From contig CM060731.1 in the NCBI GenBank assembly GCA_030704615.1, positions 83,204,001-83,268,000 on the forward strand: DNA of 64,000 nt, written 5' to 3'. Below, piece by piece: positions 49,501 through 61,916 of this stretch (position 1 is its first letter; each line of letters opens with the position of its first letter). This DNA is from Takakia lepidozioides. Lineage: Eukaryota > Plantae > Bryophyta. The translations under genes were made by a program, and so were the position numbers. Under the pieces are notes generated by a model that was not told the DNA's origin, made no database searches, and saw nothing but the letters and a program-made list of their open reading frames with translations.

Positions 49501-51689
49501 ACAAAAACAAACCTTTATTCTTTTGGAGTTCTCCCTCCAGGTCCCCTCTAATTGCCCCCTCAAGGGTGTCTGAGAATCCCATGCTTTCAGTCCCTAATCT
49601 GCTCCTCACCCTATCCCTCTTGCCCGAGTCCTGCTTTGCCACACTCCCAAGTTTCTCCAGTACTTTCCACCCTCTCTCACTGTCGTCCACTGACCCTCTC
49701 TTTTGATCTCTGGTTCTTGTACTGCCCCTGGACTCTCCTTCTGCAGAATCTTCCTTTCCCAGCTCCACCCTTACTGGCTGTGCTTTGTCTTTCCCAGTTC
49801 CTACATTATTAGGAGCCTGATCCTTCTGGCTCTCCAGACCTAACATTGATACATCACCCTTCTCTTTTGAAGAGACAAGGTTCTCCCTTTTTAGCCATTG
49901 GTCTTCCTCCTGACCACTCCTTTCTCCCTCTCTCTCTACTGCTCGACCACCATCCTCAGAGGAACCTGTTTTGCCACTACCTTTGTCAATAACAAGTCCT
50001 TCCATGTTTCCCAGTTTTCCCATGTCTTGTAGGACCTGCCCTTTTTCAAATTTATCTATTTCATCCAACACCTCCCCTTGGAACTCCCTACCCTGTTTGA
50101 TAAAACCTGATACCTCTCTCAACTTCTCCCCTACATCCCCAAACTCAAAATCTTCCATGTCATCATTGTCCACTTCCATCTCTCTGTCATCAAGTTCCGC
50201 ATCAAACCGCTCTCCTTCCTCTTCATCTTCCAGTTCATCACCTGTCTCCAGTTCCTCTCCTCCTGCCTCCTGCTCTGCATTGTCAACTCCCTTAGTGTCC
50301 CCTTCCCTCTCAAGGGCTCCCCTCCTTCTACTTGCCTTCCCATGTTTTAGCCTTCCAAAATCCAAGTCAGTTTCACTCCCATCTCCTTTGGCAGATCTGT
50401 CTGCACCCCACCAGGATGCCTGCCCACTGGCAAAGTCCTCATCTGCAAAAGATTCAAATATCAGCATAAGGGAGGTGAAGTAGTCGAAACAGGTCTTGTA
50501 ACAATTGCAGTCCAGTCAATACACCCCACTTCCAAACCACAAGTTTGTTGAGAAATAAAGAAGCCCTTGAACCAAGTTTAAGCACCAACAAAACTTAGAG
50601 TAATACCAAAAGTAGCACTAACAATCCTACTAAAATAAGCATCTTTTGAAGGGGTATTATGGACATCAGAACATTTGCAACCCATCTAATTCACCCTGTA
50701 CACTCGGAACAACCGGAAGACATTTTCAGGACAGAGATTCCCTAACACTTTCGTTGATTGAAATCCTGATATAGAGTGTTAGAACGAGGCTTGTAACTTC
50801 GTGCTGCATAGCTGAAGAAAACCATGTCCTGAAAAAAGGCACAGATATCGTTTTTGGAGAAAGAAAGGGACAAGAAGAACCTGACGAAAGGCAATCTTAA
50901 TTAGTCATAGCAGGATGACATTGGAATGTCTGATAAGGAGAGGCTAGGATCCATCGCATAATGAGAATGAGTAAAAGGAAGTGTGCTCGAGCGTCTGCAT
51001 TACATGGCAAAAGTCCTGCTTAATCTGGAAACATTTCTCTCAAGACCACAGCAGCAGTGGCTATTTCAAATGGATAGGGGCAGGAAGTCCTACCATGACA
51101 GTTTTGAACACGCTCAACACTGATGTTTCCAGAGATGTTTCCTAAGAGAAATGCACACACTCTTACATCTCCATAAAAACCAACTCCCTCGAAACTATGT
51201 GTATGCCACAATTGAGTTCGCACAGTTCAATTTCCCTCATGCTTCATCTGTGCTTGTTTCTCTGTCAGATAGTGCAAAACTTAGTGATCGGTACCTCAAC
51301 GATAGGGAAGAAAAGGCGGAAGAAAGCTTGCGAATCTTCTGGACATCATACGAGTGTTGATGATCTACCATCTTTGCTAGTCAGCACCTCTCCCAAATTT
51401 CATAGACGATTTTGATTTTGGAATTGCAAATCTACATAAGTCAAGATCTTTGTGAGCAGATTTGGGTTTGAGTGCCCAGACCTGAGTTGTCATTCTCGAG
51501 AGGGTCCAGTTGAGATCCATGCGGTGCCCTACCCAGACGTACTTGCAAGAACGCTACAGATGCAAGGAGCAGGATGCCACCAGCAATGACGAACGTGTAG
51601 ATTTTGGGGTTTGCTTTCCGCAATGAAGATGATGACAATGAGGACGATGACAGTCGCGTCAGTCGCGGCCGCGGCCGAGGTCTGGGCAT
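46506..51689 (-). CDS. Alpha-1,4-glycosyltransferase (GT32, DXD/Gb3-synthase-type, At4g19900-like type II membrane protein)
   Basis: Exons 51689-51482, 50442-48249, 47932-47783, 47325-47188, 47036-46836 and 46692-46506, with GT-AG borders and compatible phases. N-terminal TM GGILLLASVAFL; motifs RVFMAW, RHQRALES, ELLRLAALYKYGGLYLDMD, NGAVM and HLWN. The exon 1 donor is the least certain. Confidence 0.92.
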
Positions 51690-52906
51690 TCTGTTCTCAG
51701 TGGCGCGGGCCTCTCTCTCCCTCTCTCTCTCTACCTCCGTGCTTTCAATGCTTGTCAAAGCTGCGGGCTTTAAGGTCTTTCCCACTGTCCCCGTTTTTCT
51801 AGTGAAGCGATTTAAAAGCTACCGTCACTCAGTGTTATTCGATCTTGCGCTTGTCTTTATCTCTCTGATTGTCTCTGCTTCCTGTCCGCCCCTCTTCCCC
51901 ACTGCCTAGCTACCTTCTCCCTCAGCATCTCTCAAAGTCAGGTTCTCTCGCAATCCGTCTCTCAGGAGGAGACATTTTTTAACTTCCGCAATTTCTTCAG
52001 CACTCAACTTAATTCTTGAGTTGCATTCTTGCCGTCTTTCTCGCGAGATCCTCCACATCTTCACCCTCTCTGTCCCCTTTCAATCTCACCAAACTTGGTT
52101 ATACTCCCACCAAGACACCAGCGCGGGCCAAGTCACATTGGCATGCAACCTGAAAAACCTCGGAAGATCTGTTTATCTATCGTCCTCCAGAATCTCACTC
52201 TGCCTCGCAGTAGTGGGGAAGGAGCGCCGAATGAGTGCGCCCTTCCGAAGAGGTTACAAACGCCTGACACTTTACTTTGCGCCTAACCACTCCGGTCAAT
52301 ATCTCCAACCACCGGCTATAGCCCGTAAGATCTCCTAGATCTTCTCGTTCGCCTTTACTGTATTTTGGTTCATTCTGTAATTTATTTGCATACCTACATG
52401 TGTAGAGTATCCAGTATCCACCAGTTGGTATCCACACACTCATCAACCGGCTCGGAGATGCTTTTCGTCGTCGTACTCATGTCAACCGTTGAATGAATGA
52501 TGAGTGTATCAACTCGTTATCATCTTCCGTCATCCACCCCAAACCCAGGCAAAGGGTTTTGATTCTTAGCACCAATACTCTCGACTCAGGTTTGACTTAG
52601 AGCGGACACCGTGTCTCCAGCACCGGCCGCGGAGACCCTGTCAAATAAGTACCCAACATCAATTCCTATAGCGAACAGGACCCTGGGGCCCTGCTCCAAT
52701 TTCCTGTAGGTAATCTCGTTGCACCCCTCCCATGTCCACGGTCCTGGACAGCTATTTACTCCACGATAATACCCAGTTGTTATTACTGTCCTTTAAAAAT
52801 TTAAATGCGTGTCCATGACTATCAGGCTCGTTTTGATGAGAAATGATGCATGTGATTTAACTGGCCGATCGATGATGAGGCAGTGCGCACAGTGTGGACT
52901 GTGGAC

Positions 52907-53406
52907 CAGTGTTGTACCGGTATATAGGGTATTGCCTGGTATGTGCACAGGTATATGCACTGGTATTAGATACCAGTCTGGTATAATTTGGGAGAATACT
53001 TGGTCATATACCAGGACGAGGCTGGTATCAGTTTTTCATACCAACCACAATACCAATACTCCCCCCCAGCGTCTTCCTCATTTACTATATGTATATTATA
53101 TTAATTTATGTGTACATATGCCTACATATTTGTATTTATGTATATTTATCTCTTTATTGTATTGTATTTGTTTTCACTTGATACATGCTATTTGATAAAC
53201 TTGTTATTCAATGATGGCTTTGGAATGATACCAGAATTGATATCTCATACCAGCTGGTATTGTTGTCAGGATACGCATACTCATACTAGTATCTGGAAAA
53301 AGATACATGTAGTATTATATAGACCAGACTGGTATGAAAGTTTTGCAATACGTCTAGTACCAGGACCAATCTGGTATGTCCTAAAACTAATACAAGTACA
53401 ACACTG
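52907..53406. mobile_element. hAT-type MITE, 500 bp
   Basis: TIR CAGTGTTGTAC...GTACAACACTG, 8-bp TSD CTGTGGAC (52899-52906 and 53407-53414), internal TACCAG/CTGGTA repeats. Confidence 0.92.
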
Positions 53407-53828
53407 CTGTGGACCCACTCGAATTCAGCATAAATCCAGTTACGTGATCCAGTAAAGAGTGTGTGTGAAGACGTCAGCGGCATATGTGGAGCAGCACCTG
53501 TGTGACGTGACAAGACGAGGGGACCACAGCACACCACTTGTGTGATCATCCCCATTACGAACTTACACACCGTTGTTCACGCTGCACACTCTAGAGCTCA
53601 CAGTACAAGTGGGAAGTGGAAGAGCGACAGACTTTGTCCCCTCATGTGGACCTACCCTGGCGGGATAGCCGGTCAGGCACTTGCCTGCCTAATAATTATT
53701 TTTGGGACCATTTGGCAGTTGGGCATTTGAGAAAATTTTAAAAATTAGGCATCTTGGATGTGTAATATTTTCAAATTAGGCAACTAAAAATAATGACCAC
53801 AAAATAAAAACATAAAAAATATAAAAAT

Positions 53829-54012
53829 ACAGCCGCTGCTATGGATGAAAATTGAAAACTGAGTCCATGGATGACGTTTTAAATGAAAAACTCAGCCGCT
53901 GCCATGGATGGAAAATTGGAAACTGAGTCCATGGATGACCTTTTAAATGAAAACTCAGCCGCTGCCATGAATGAAACTGAAAACTGAGTCCATGGATGGC
54001 GTTTTAAATGAA
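53829..54012. repeat. Three tandem copies of a unit of about 62-64 bp (CAGCCGCTGCCATGGATG...GAGTCCATGGATG)
   Basis: Direct inspection. Confidence 0.85.
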
Positions 54013-55044
54013 TATCGTTTTCAGATTTTTTTTTAATTTATATTATTTTTTCAATTTTACATTCAAGTTTTTATACAATAGGCACCTATTTTTTTCTTTA
54101 CACAATAACTCCATGGGCCGGTGGGATCGAAGTTGGTGTCCTAGGTAACTGGGCATGCAACACTGGCTTGCGGCAATCCATTTATATCAACCATATTTGG
54201 AAAATTCATCCATAATTTATTTTTTATTTGGAGAAATTTGGCGATTTCATCCATGAAAAAACAAGGAATTTGTGACAGAATATATATATATATTTTTGAG
54301 GTCGAAATCTGGCGAAAATTCGCCAATGAAATAAACGCTGCTTGCGGGGTGGCGTTGGATTGAAAAGTTGATCGACGCTATTCTGGTTCCGGAGGCCCAC
54401 AAGCTGCGATCCTCTCGCAGAACTCGCACACGCCCGATCATCCCGAGGACAATTCTCATCCGTCCGATCATCCGGATCGTGCATCCATATCTCAGTAACC
54501 GACCAATGACAAGGCATCCAGGTCTTGCAGGTCAGGTCAGGGTATACAGGGGGGGCGGTAACCGCGGTTGCCGGAATGCGAGGCGGTGGGTGACGTGGAG
54601 GCGCAGCAGTTCGAAACTGAGGAACGTGAGGGGACATTGATACGCGTGCCGCGGCGGTGGTCAAAGCTGTGGCCTCATCACTTACATACTTGAGTGGCGC
54701 GTTTGATAGGTGTAAACATTGACCGGCTCCCACGCTTCCTCATAAATGCGCCAAGTCGGTCAGATCGCGCGATATCTTAATCAAATTTAGCCGAGCTTGC
54801 AGGGAATATAATATCACTGCCCTGGACTCAAATGAAGAGGTATAGCGCGGCAGATTGAACCCCGTTGCAGTCACTCGGTTGTACCATAACCGATTTTTAG
54901 CGCAGACTCGCTGACGTGGCGTGTTTCTACTGGATTTGAGGAGGGGTGTTGTATGTGGTATTCTCCGACCTACTAGATTTTAACTACCTACACGGCTCGG
55001 TAGGTCCTGGCTCCCTGCTATATCCCGTGGTGATAGGTAAGTAC

Positions 55045-55280
55045 CAGTGTTGTGCGGCTAAATCATTTACTCGGATTTACCCGGAGGGTAAATCAGGATA
55101 AGGGTAAATAATTTACCCGGGTTGGCCCATTTTCTTTACCCTTACCCTTACCCTTCAGACGGGTAAATAATCTGAGATACCCTTACCCTTACCGTCTGAA
55201 GGGTAAATACAATCCATATACCCTTTACCCACGGGTAATTTCTTTTTGGGAGGGTAAATAACAAAAGGGTAAATGACAAA
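55045..55280. mobile_element. One-ended hAT-like terminus with TTTACCC/GGGTAAA subterminal repeats
   Basis: Starts CAGTGTTGTGC, like the MITE TIR. The partner end was not found. Confidence 0.5.
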
Positions 55281-55739
55281 CTATAGCCTTTTTTGGGAGC
55301 TGGAGGGCCCTATGGTGTGATCAGCATTAAAAAAAAAACAAACAAATTAGCATTTGGAATCGAAAACGGAACTTTGTGCAGGTAGTTATAAAGATGTTGG
55401 GAGGAGCGCACTTCAAATTCCATGACTGAATTCGATCGAGATATTAATTGTAAGCATCGCTAGGAAAGAGCTCCATCAAGCTCAGATTCGACAAGTAATT
55501 CAACCGCCCCGCTCCGCCTCTCTCTCCAACTGTTTTGGCTTCTCGCAAGCAGGGGCATTTATCATCATTGAAGGGTATGGGCTTCGACCGTAACGGTCGC
55601 CCATCTGCCCTTTCCCAGCGATCTCGGGTTATTCTAGTTAATTCTAGGCTCTCGCTATTCCATATAGCTGTCTCTCTAGTAATCAGACTGGGCTCGTCCC
55701 TCATCCAATGGATGTGTCTTTTAACTATGGTATTATGCC

Positions 55740-56300
55740 TCTCATTTTTTAATAATAGGGTCATGAATGCACGGGCGGGCCCTGCCAGTACGACCATGGG
55801 GTGAGCTCATAAGCCCACCGCCCATTCACCAGGTCGGCGAGATTCTGAAATTTTTCTAAGTCGTTGTTCATCTACCGTGGCGGACCTTCTAACGGACTGG
55901 GTAGACCCTCCAACAGACCGACTCCAACCTTCTAGCGGACAGGCAGGCAGGACCTTCCAGCAGACCGGCAGACCCTCCAAGCATACCCCCTCCAGCATAG
56001 CACACCGGCTTGGACCCTCGATCTCATTTTTTAATAATAAGGTCATGAATGCACGGGCGGGCCAGCCAGTACGACCCTGGGGTGAGCTCATAAGCCCACC
56101 GCCCATTCACCGGGTCGGCGAGATTCTGAAATTTTTCTAAGTCGTTGTTCATCTACCATGGCGGACCTTCTAACGGACTGGGCAGACCCTCCAACAGACC
56201 GACTCCAACCTTCTAGCGGACAGGCAGGCAGACCGACCCTCCAGCAGACCGGTAGACCCTCCAAGCAAACCCCCCTCCAGCATACCGGCTTGGACCCTCG
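55740..56300. repeat. Tandem duplication of about 281 bp with internal CAGACC/CCCTCCA motifs
   Basis: TCTCATTTTTTAATAATA...GGTGAGCTCATAAGCCCACCGCC occurs at about 55740 and 56022. Confidence 0.9.
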
Positions 56301-56413
56301 AGCAGACCGGCAGACCCTTCGACAAAACATATATATATACGTACGTCGATACTACCATGGTACAACCTGGCAAGACTTGAACATCATATCAGATGTTTAC
56401 TATTCATTGCTCT

Positions 56414-56769
56414 TGTCAAGTTAAATAAGCACAGTGTGAAAACAACTAGAATAAAGCTAGTTATTTATATTTAACACTTGGATTTAGGTCAAGTGTTAAA
56501 TCAGGTGTCAGGTTTAGTTTGACACCTGAACCGCCTTATCTTCACGAGAGCGGCAGTCGCGTGGCTCATCTCTCTCGAGTTGAGCCTGCACGACCGAGCT
56601 CCTTCATGCGTTTAGATTTGAGTGTGCTTATGATGGGAGTGTAGGTTGTTGTGGGGTGAAGTCCCCATAGCTTGGGGTGTCCCTGGCTCGACTTCTGTTT
56701 TAACGAGTGATGTTGAGGGATTTCATATTTCTTGTGTTGAAAGTGTGTGTCCTTTCAAGCTTTCTTATC
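56414..56769 (+). repeat. Truncated LTR start, inverted near-identical copy of 61561-61916
   Basis: TGTCAAGTTAAATAAGCAC...TTTCTTATC; about 5 mismatches in 356 bp by eye. Confidence 0.92.
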
Positions 56770-58174
56770 CACCTCGCCCCCGGCCACCATTGTTCCCTTG
56801 GAACTGGCCTGGGCGCAACTCAGGATGCAAGTCATAACACTGGGCATCTCCATGCCCATACTTGCCACAATGCCCACACTGCAACTGTGCAGGCTGTGTT
56901 TGTGCCGACCTTTTGCCACTCTCTGGGCAATCTCTCTTGACATGGGGTCCTCCACATGTCCAACATATCACCCCTGGTTGCTGTTGGCCTGCAAAAGATG
57001 CCACGGGCCTCTGCACCTGAGGTCCCCTGTAAGCTCCATGGAACTTGGGTTGGGAAACCTTGCCCCCCTGACCACGCTGTTGGGCAGTCCCTTGTGCCTG
57101 TGGGCTGGCAGCTGCGCCTCGTGCAGGCATGTCCTTGCCAAACCCAATGGTAACAACTCGCTCCTCCACCATGTTGAGCTCAATCCGCTCAGCCAGCAGA
57201 AACACATCTGCTAATGTGGGTTGGGCTGCTTGCAACAGGGTTGCATCCCGCACCCTTCTCCTGAGCTCCTTGTCCAAAATTCCATACCAGAACTGGATTG
57301 CCTGAGCTTCAGTAACCCCTTGGGTCACACTTATCAAGCGCCTCCTACGAGTGTAGGCCTCTCGCAAGCTCTCACTGGGTTTGCGCTGGAAGTCTTGCAA
57401 ACTTCGCAGCTTCTCTGTCCGTACACCTTGGTAGTTCCTCCGCAACTCCTGGAAGAACTCCACCACCGGGTTGAATCTAGGCACATGTGTTGTAGTCGTG
57501 GCAGGAGGAGTAGTAGCACCTTTTGAACTGGTACCACCTGCAGAAGTACCGGCACTACTTGTTCCACTACTAGTGCTGGTAGTGGGAGATATCGGTACTG
57601 ATGCAGCTACTGGTCGCGTCGTGCCTCGAGTAATGGAGACGTAGTCAGGTGACCAATACATCCTCCACTCCTCAATCTCTGCTTCATGTCCTCGCCTGAA
57701 CTCGTGGTAATCGTCCATAGGCAGGCCTTCCAAATGCTGGAACAGTCCCTTCCACGCCATGAATGGGGTGAATAGCTGTGGATTGCGCATCTGCTGCAAA
57801 TCACACCAACTGTCGAACTCCTGGATAAAATCATCCAACTCGATTGTGCCCACAGCTCCAGAGTACCTACGAGGCCCCTTGGTAGCTCCATACATCTCCT
57901 CCATGTCGTCCCACAACAATGGCGAATGAAACTGCACACCTGTTGATGAAGCCTCCGAGTCTGTGTCTGACTCTGCACTAGTTGAGGGTGGCGGTGAAGG
58001 TGGTCTGAACCGAATACCTCGTCTTGTAAACCCACTCTCATTGTTACTGCCTGTAGCCGTACTCCCCTCAAAACCCTTTGGTAACTCCGTGATGACACTC
58101 ACAATGTGCACCTCCTCCCACGTAACACTATAGGGCTCTAGTACTAATTCTAATAATGACACGGGTGGGCACAT
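56765..58174 (-). CDS. Retrotransposon Gag (C-terminally cut)
   Basis: YSG...LDDFIQEFDSWC, FQRKPSESLREAYTR and two Zn knuckles. Confidence 0.85.
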   Translation of the reverse strand: MCPPVSLLELVLEPYSVTWEEVHIVSVITELPKGFEGSTATGSNNESGFTRRGIRFRPPSPPPSTSAESDTDSEASSTGVQFHSPLLWDDMEEMYGATKGPRRYSGAVGTIELDDFIQEFDSWCDLQQMRNPQLFTPFMAWKGLFQHLEGLPMDDYHEFRRGHEAEIEEWRMYWSPDYVSITRGTTRPVAASVPISPTTSTSSGTSSAGTSAGGTSSKGATTPPATTTTHVPRFNPVVEFFQELRRNYQGVRTEKLRSLQDFQRKPSESLREAYTRRRRLISVTQGVTEAQAIQFWYGILDKELRRRVRDATLLQAAQPTLADVFLLAERIELNMVEERVVTIGFGKDMPARGAAASPQAQGTAQQRGQGGKVSQPKFHGAYRGPQVQRPVASFAGQQQPGVICWTCGGPHVKRDCPESGKRSAQTQPAQLQCGHCGKYGHGDAQCYDLHPELRPGQFQGNNGGRGRGG

Positions 58175-58642
58175 GTTGCAGTTTAAGGGTCATATCCCAA
58201 TGGCTCAGAACACCTGCACCTGCATCCACTGCAAGAACTCCTATGGTTGGCTGGTCATCAACCCAGCCTCACCATAAAAGAAACACCGGTGGTCTTGCTG
58301 GTCATCACTCCAGCCTCACCACCGACAGCATACTCTAGGATTGACCGGTGATCAAATCCGGCCTAATCCCTATGAAAGCAAGCGCCCACACAAAACCAAC
58401 ATGGCGCACAGTCAAGCATGCAGGTGTTGGGGGGGGATCCAAACACAAGAAATCAAAACATCAACACCCCCACACCAAAATCCAGCTGCAATGCTGATCC
58501 TGCAGAATATCCCAGCCCAAAACCCCGGACTGACTGGCCTTCACCAAGAGAGGCTTTGGCAACTATGAGTACAAGGTAATGAAAATAGTACAGAGATGGA
58601 GGGGAAGAATAGAAGCCCGCCCAAGCAAGATCTAATCCTGAT

Positions 58643-59392
58643 CTATGCTATCAACTTCCAGACTTCTCTCAAAGTGTCTCGCTCTGCATGATGGTAAGGT
58701 GTAGGAGGTATATCTATGTCCAGAAACCTGCCACTGACCTTGTCCCAAGCTACAGTAGCTCGCTCTAACCAACCCTCCTCCTCTTTCTGCCAGGTAGAGA
58801 CAAAGCAACACTCTGCTATCTCCCGCTCACTGAACACTAAAGAAAACAAAGGTAGGGTCTGATAGTCTCTCAACTCGAAAGCTTTGAGACGGTTGCGGGT
58901 GTCCTCATTGCGAATGACTGCATCTCCTTCAAACAGAACAAACTTGTCCTCGCTAATGAACCCCCGCTCGTGGTTGCCTTGTGCAGAGCGTGTCCGGCTG
59001 CAACGCTGTCTGATTGCACAAACTTGTGTAGCTCCTGCTCCTCTGCTCCAGTACACCACAGCCTTGTGGCTGAACACCTTGGTCCCCGGGGCTGTCTTTG
59101 GTTGTGTTCCAAGCCTAGCTTTCACCCACTTTGGTATTTCACTTACAGCTGCAGAACTGCTGGCTCCAACAGAGTTCTGACTGTCCAAAGCGATATTGAG
59201 GCCATCAACGCCAACTACAGCAGTCTGTTGTCTACTGCTAATGCCTGACTCCCAGTATGCAATCAACTCGTCCAACTGTTCTCCACTCAAGTCAGTCTGA
59301 GTTCCTTGGGAAACATAAATCCTGTCCCCTTGTGTGCACAGGCTAAGAGAAGAGACATGCCCTTCAATTACGTCCTCATTTCCCCTAGCCAT
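58643..59392 (-). CDS. Uncharacterised 249-aa ORF upstream of gag
   Basis: Uninterrupted ATG-to-stop ORF with protein-like composition, same sense as gag. No family recognised. Confidence 0.5.
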   Translation of the reverse strand: MARGNEDVIEGHVSSLSLCTQGDRIYVSQGTQTDLSGEQLDELIAYWESGISSRQQTAVVGVDGLNIALDSQNSVGASSSAAVSEIPKWVKARLGTQPKTAPGTKVFSHKAVVYWSRGAGATQVCAIRQRCSRTRSAQGNHERGFISEDKFVLFEGDAVIRNEDTRNRLKAFELRDYQTLPLFSLVFSEREIAECCFVSTWQKEEEGWLERATVAWDKVSGRFLDIDIPPTPYHHAERDTLREVWKLIA

Positions 59393-59876
59393 ACAAGGAG
59401 GACATCCACAGATTTGTCTCTCAAATAGACCAGAATTGGTTCTAGAAACAGAATTGTGGATCTTTCACGACACACTCACATTCTAAAAATTCCATAGATT
59501 TTTAGCAGAGTCCCAAAAACAGAAACCAAGTCTAGATAGGTAGATTTCCCATTTCTGCAGCTATCCCCTCAAAAACTGAGTCAAACGGAGCTCATTTGAC
59601 AAAGATATGACCAACCAGGCTCTTTAAACATTTAAATTAGATCAAAAAGGCCCTTTTTTTTTTTTAACACCAAAACGTTTTTGCCATTACAACCTGTTCC
59701 CAGGTTATCTACGGGTTCCCGAGGCCGTTCCCCTCCAGGCTTCTCCAGGCACCAAGAGCTCATTAACTCCAAAACATCGACCTCAGTTGGGTGGGGTATC
59801 ACACCCTGGAGGCGATTTGCTTTTCTCTGCGCGTGGGCCTGCCTCCTCGAGCTTTCAGGACGGCAAGGCAGCAGCC

Positions 59877-59987
59877 ATGTTTACAGCACGCAGGAAGATT
59901 CAGAAGGAGAAGGGGCTCGAGCCTGATGAGTTTGAAGAGGCTGTAGCCCAGGCCTTATTCGACCTAGAGACTACAAACCAGGAATTG
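59877..59987 (+). pseudogene. RPS7: 40S ribosomal protein S7 (eS7) N-terminal fragment
   Basis: [37 protein letters not shown]; similarity stops after 37 codons. Confidence 0.88.
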
Positions 59988-61916
59988 GGGCGATTTCAAG
60001 AGCAGATGCACTGCGCAGCACCTTCATGGCTTATGGACAGGCGGCCTGCTGTAATGTGGCCGTCTTTGTATGGAATCCAAGGCCAAGACCAGCTTGAAGT
60101 TCCATCAACTTGGTCTAATTCGCATCTCTCGCTAGCGATTATTGTTGGCTTACAATGGTTTCCGCCTTCCTGTTACTGCTCGTGTTTCTTCAGTGTGCAA
60201 TTTACAGGTCAGGGATCAACAGGCACCAGATTGCCCTGTCACCACCCCCACAAGGCACAGACAACTTCACTGCCAGGAAAAAGAAAGTGAACCATGCTCA
60301 GCATGCAGACCTAAGGCCTGGGTCCATCTGCATCAGCTCCAGTATAAGAGAGACAATCATACAGTTATCAAGTCTCTACAGGAATTTGCGATTGCCTCAG
60401 TAAAGTGGAACTCAATCTGCAGCCTCCTTCCGCCGCCTCTCCATCAACCCTTGGAGGCTCTCGTCCGCTGGCCTCATCCGTCAGCATTGCTTCTCCTGCT
60501 ACGAGTCTTTGCATTTCCTCCCTGCTCGCCTGTGCAGAAGTAAGTACCCTTGACGCCGAAATGACAGTAGAGGCAAGTGATCAGTTGGAAGTGTTCAATG
60601 ATGAGACAAGTAGAGCTGGAGCTCCCTTGACCTGTATCGCCACAATCTTGGACTCGGGCAGTGGGCTGAGTTGAAAGCTGGGTTGTGAACCACCATTCGA
60701 CTTTCCACCAGTTTCCACCTCAAAATGGTGGAACCAAGGTGCAAGGCAGCAACAGCTACTTGGCTTTGTACAAACCTGAAGCACTTAAGAAAAAAACGAC
60801 TTTGCACCTTGCACTCCCCGAAATCAACAATGCCCCCAACAACCCTTTTTGTCAGAAAGTTGGTTGCTTATGCAGATAATCAACCAGGTGAAAGCAGCTT
60901 TCCTAGCCACAATCACAAGTAGCATGAAGATTTGTGAGACTCCTGGTTTTGCAGTGTTGATGATATGCCAGCAATGGGCTCCCCGTTCTCCATCGCTTTG
61001 CTGCTAGGCTTTCTCTCTCGGGGCCTGCACCTTCAACCAGCTCGCTGCGCCGTGCTCTACCTGTCGGCGCTGCATTTACTGGAGGGAGCGGATTTACAGC
61101 TCCTCCTTCAACTGGCTCCGCTACACCAGCTCCACCTGCTCTTCCGCTGCCTTTCCTGACCGCTTCTGGTCTGTCCTGGTTTGAATTTAACACTGGTCTG
61201 TGCACATCGAACTAAGGCGAGCAGCCCGGCCATCTCCAGGCACGGAAGTTCTACCCATCTGCTCGATCACAGGCTCCTCCTTTAAGTCTCGCACTTGGTC
61301 AGTTTCCCAACGGCCAATCGCTGCTACTCCACGATGTCTCCTCACCGACCAAAACGAAGGCTGCTTCCATGCAGTGTAGCTCCATCATGCCCGGCGGCCT
61401 CATGCCCGAACCAACGCTGATCGAAACCTGCATATTTTGTTTGTTTTTTTTTTTTTTTAAGCTTCTAAAACTAAGCACTACTTACACACAGGTAATCGTA
61501 CAAGTGCTAACCCTCAACTCCTACCTTGCACTCACAGGTAAGAGCTCATCTCTCTCGAGTGATAAGAAAGCTTGAAAGGACACACACTCTCAACACAAGA
61601 AATATGAAATCCCTCAACATCACTCGTTAAAACAGAAGTCGAGCCAGGGGCACCCCAAGCTATGGGGACTCCACCCCACAACAACCTACACTCCCATCAT
61701 AAGCACACTCAAATCTAAACGCATGAAGGAGCTCGGTCGCGCAGGCTCAACTCGAGAGAGATGAGCCACGCGACTGCCGCTCTCGTGAAGATAAGGCGGT
61801 TCAGGTGTCAAACTAAACCTGACACCTGATTTAACACTTGACCTAAATCCAAGTGTTAAATACAAATAACTAGCTTTATTCTAGTTGTTTTCACACTGTG
61901 CTTATTTAACTTGACA

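Larger units (their letters stand above)
56765..61916 (-). mobile_element. LTR retrotransposon 5' part: LTR start at 61916, long LTR/leader with an extra ORF, gag truncated after the Zn knuckles
   Basis: ORF 56765-58174 has a gag-like core and two CCHC knuckles (CWTCGGPHVKRDC, CGHCGKYGHGDAQC). The TG terminus at 61916 abuts an interrupted pol. Confidence 0.75.

Noticed and set aside
49047-50483. Plus-strand Ser-rich ORFs
   Set aside because: Antisense shadows of the acidic exon 2 of the glycosyltransferase.
58405-58425. Possible LTR end and self-priming PBS ahead of gag
   Set aside because: Only partial complementarity to the leader, and no second full LTR to define the boundary.
56414-61916. 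DIRS-type element with inverted terminal repeats
   Set aside because: No RT, tyrosine recombinase or internal complementary region is seen, and the repeats begin with TG like ordinary LTRs.
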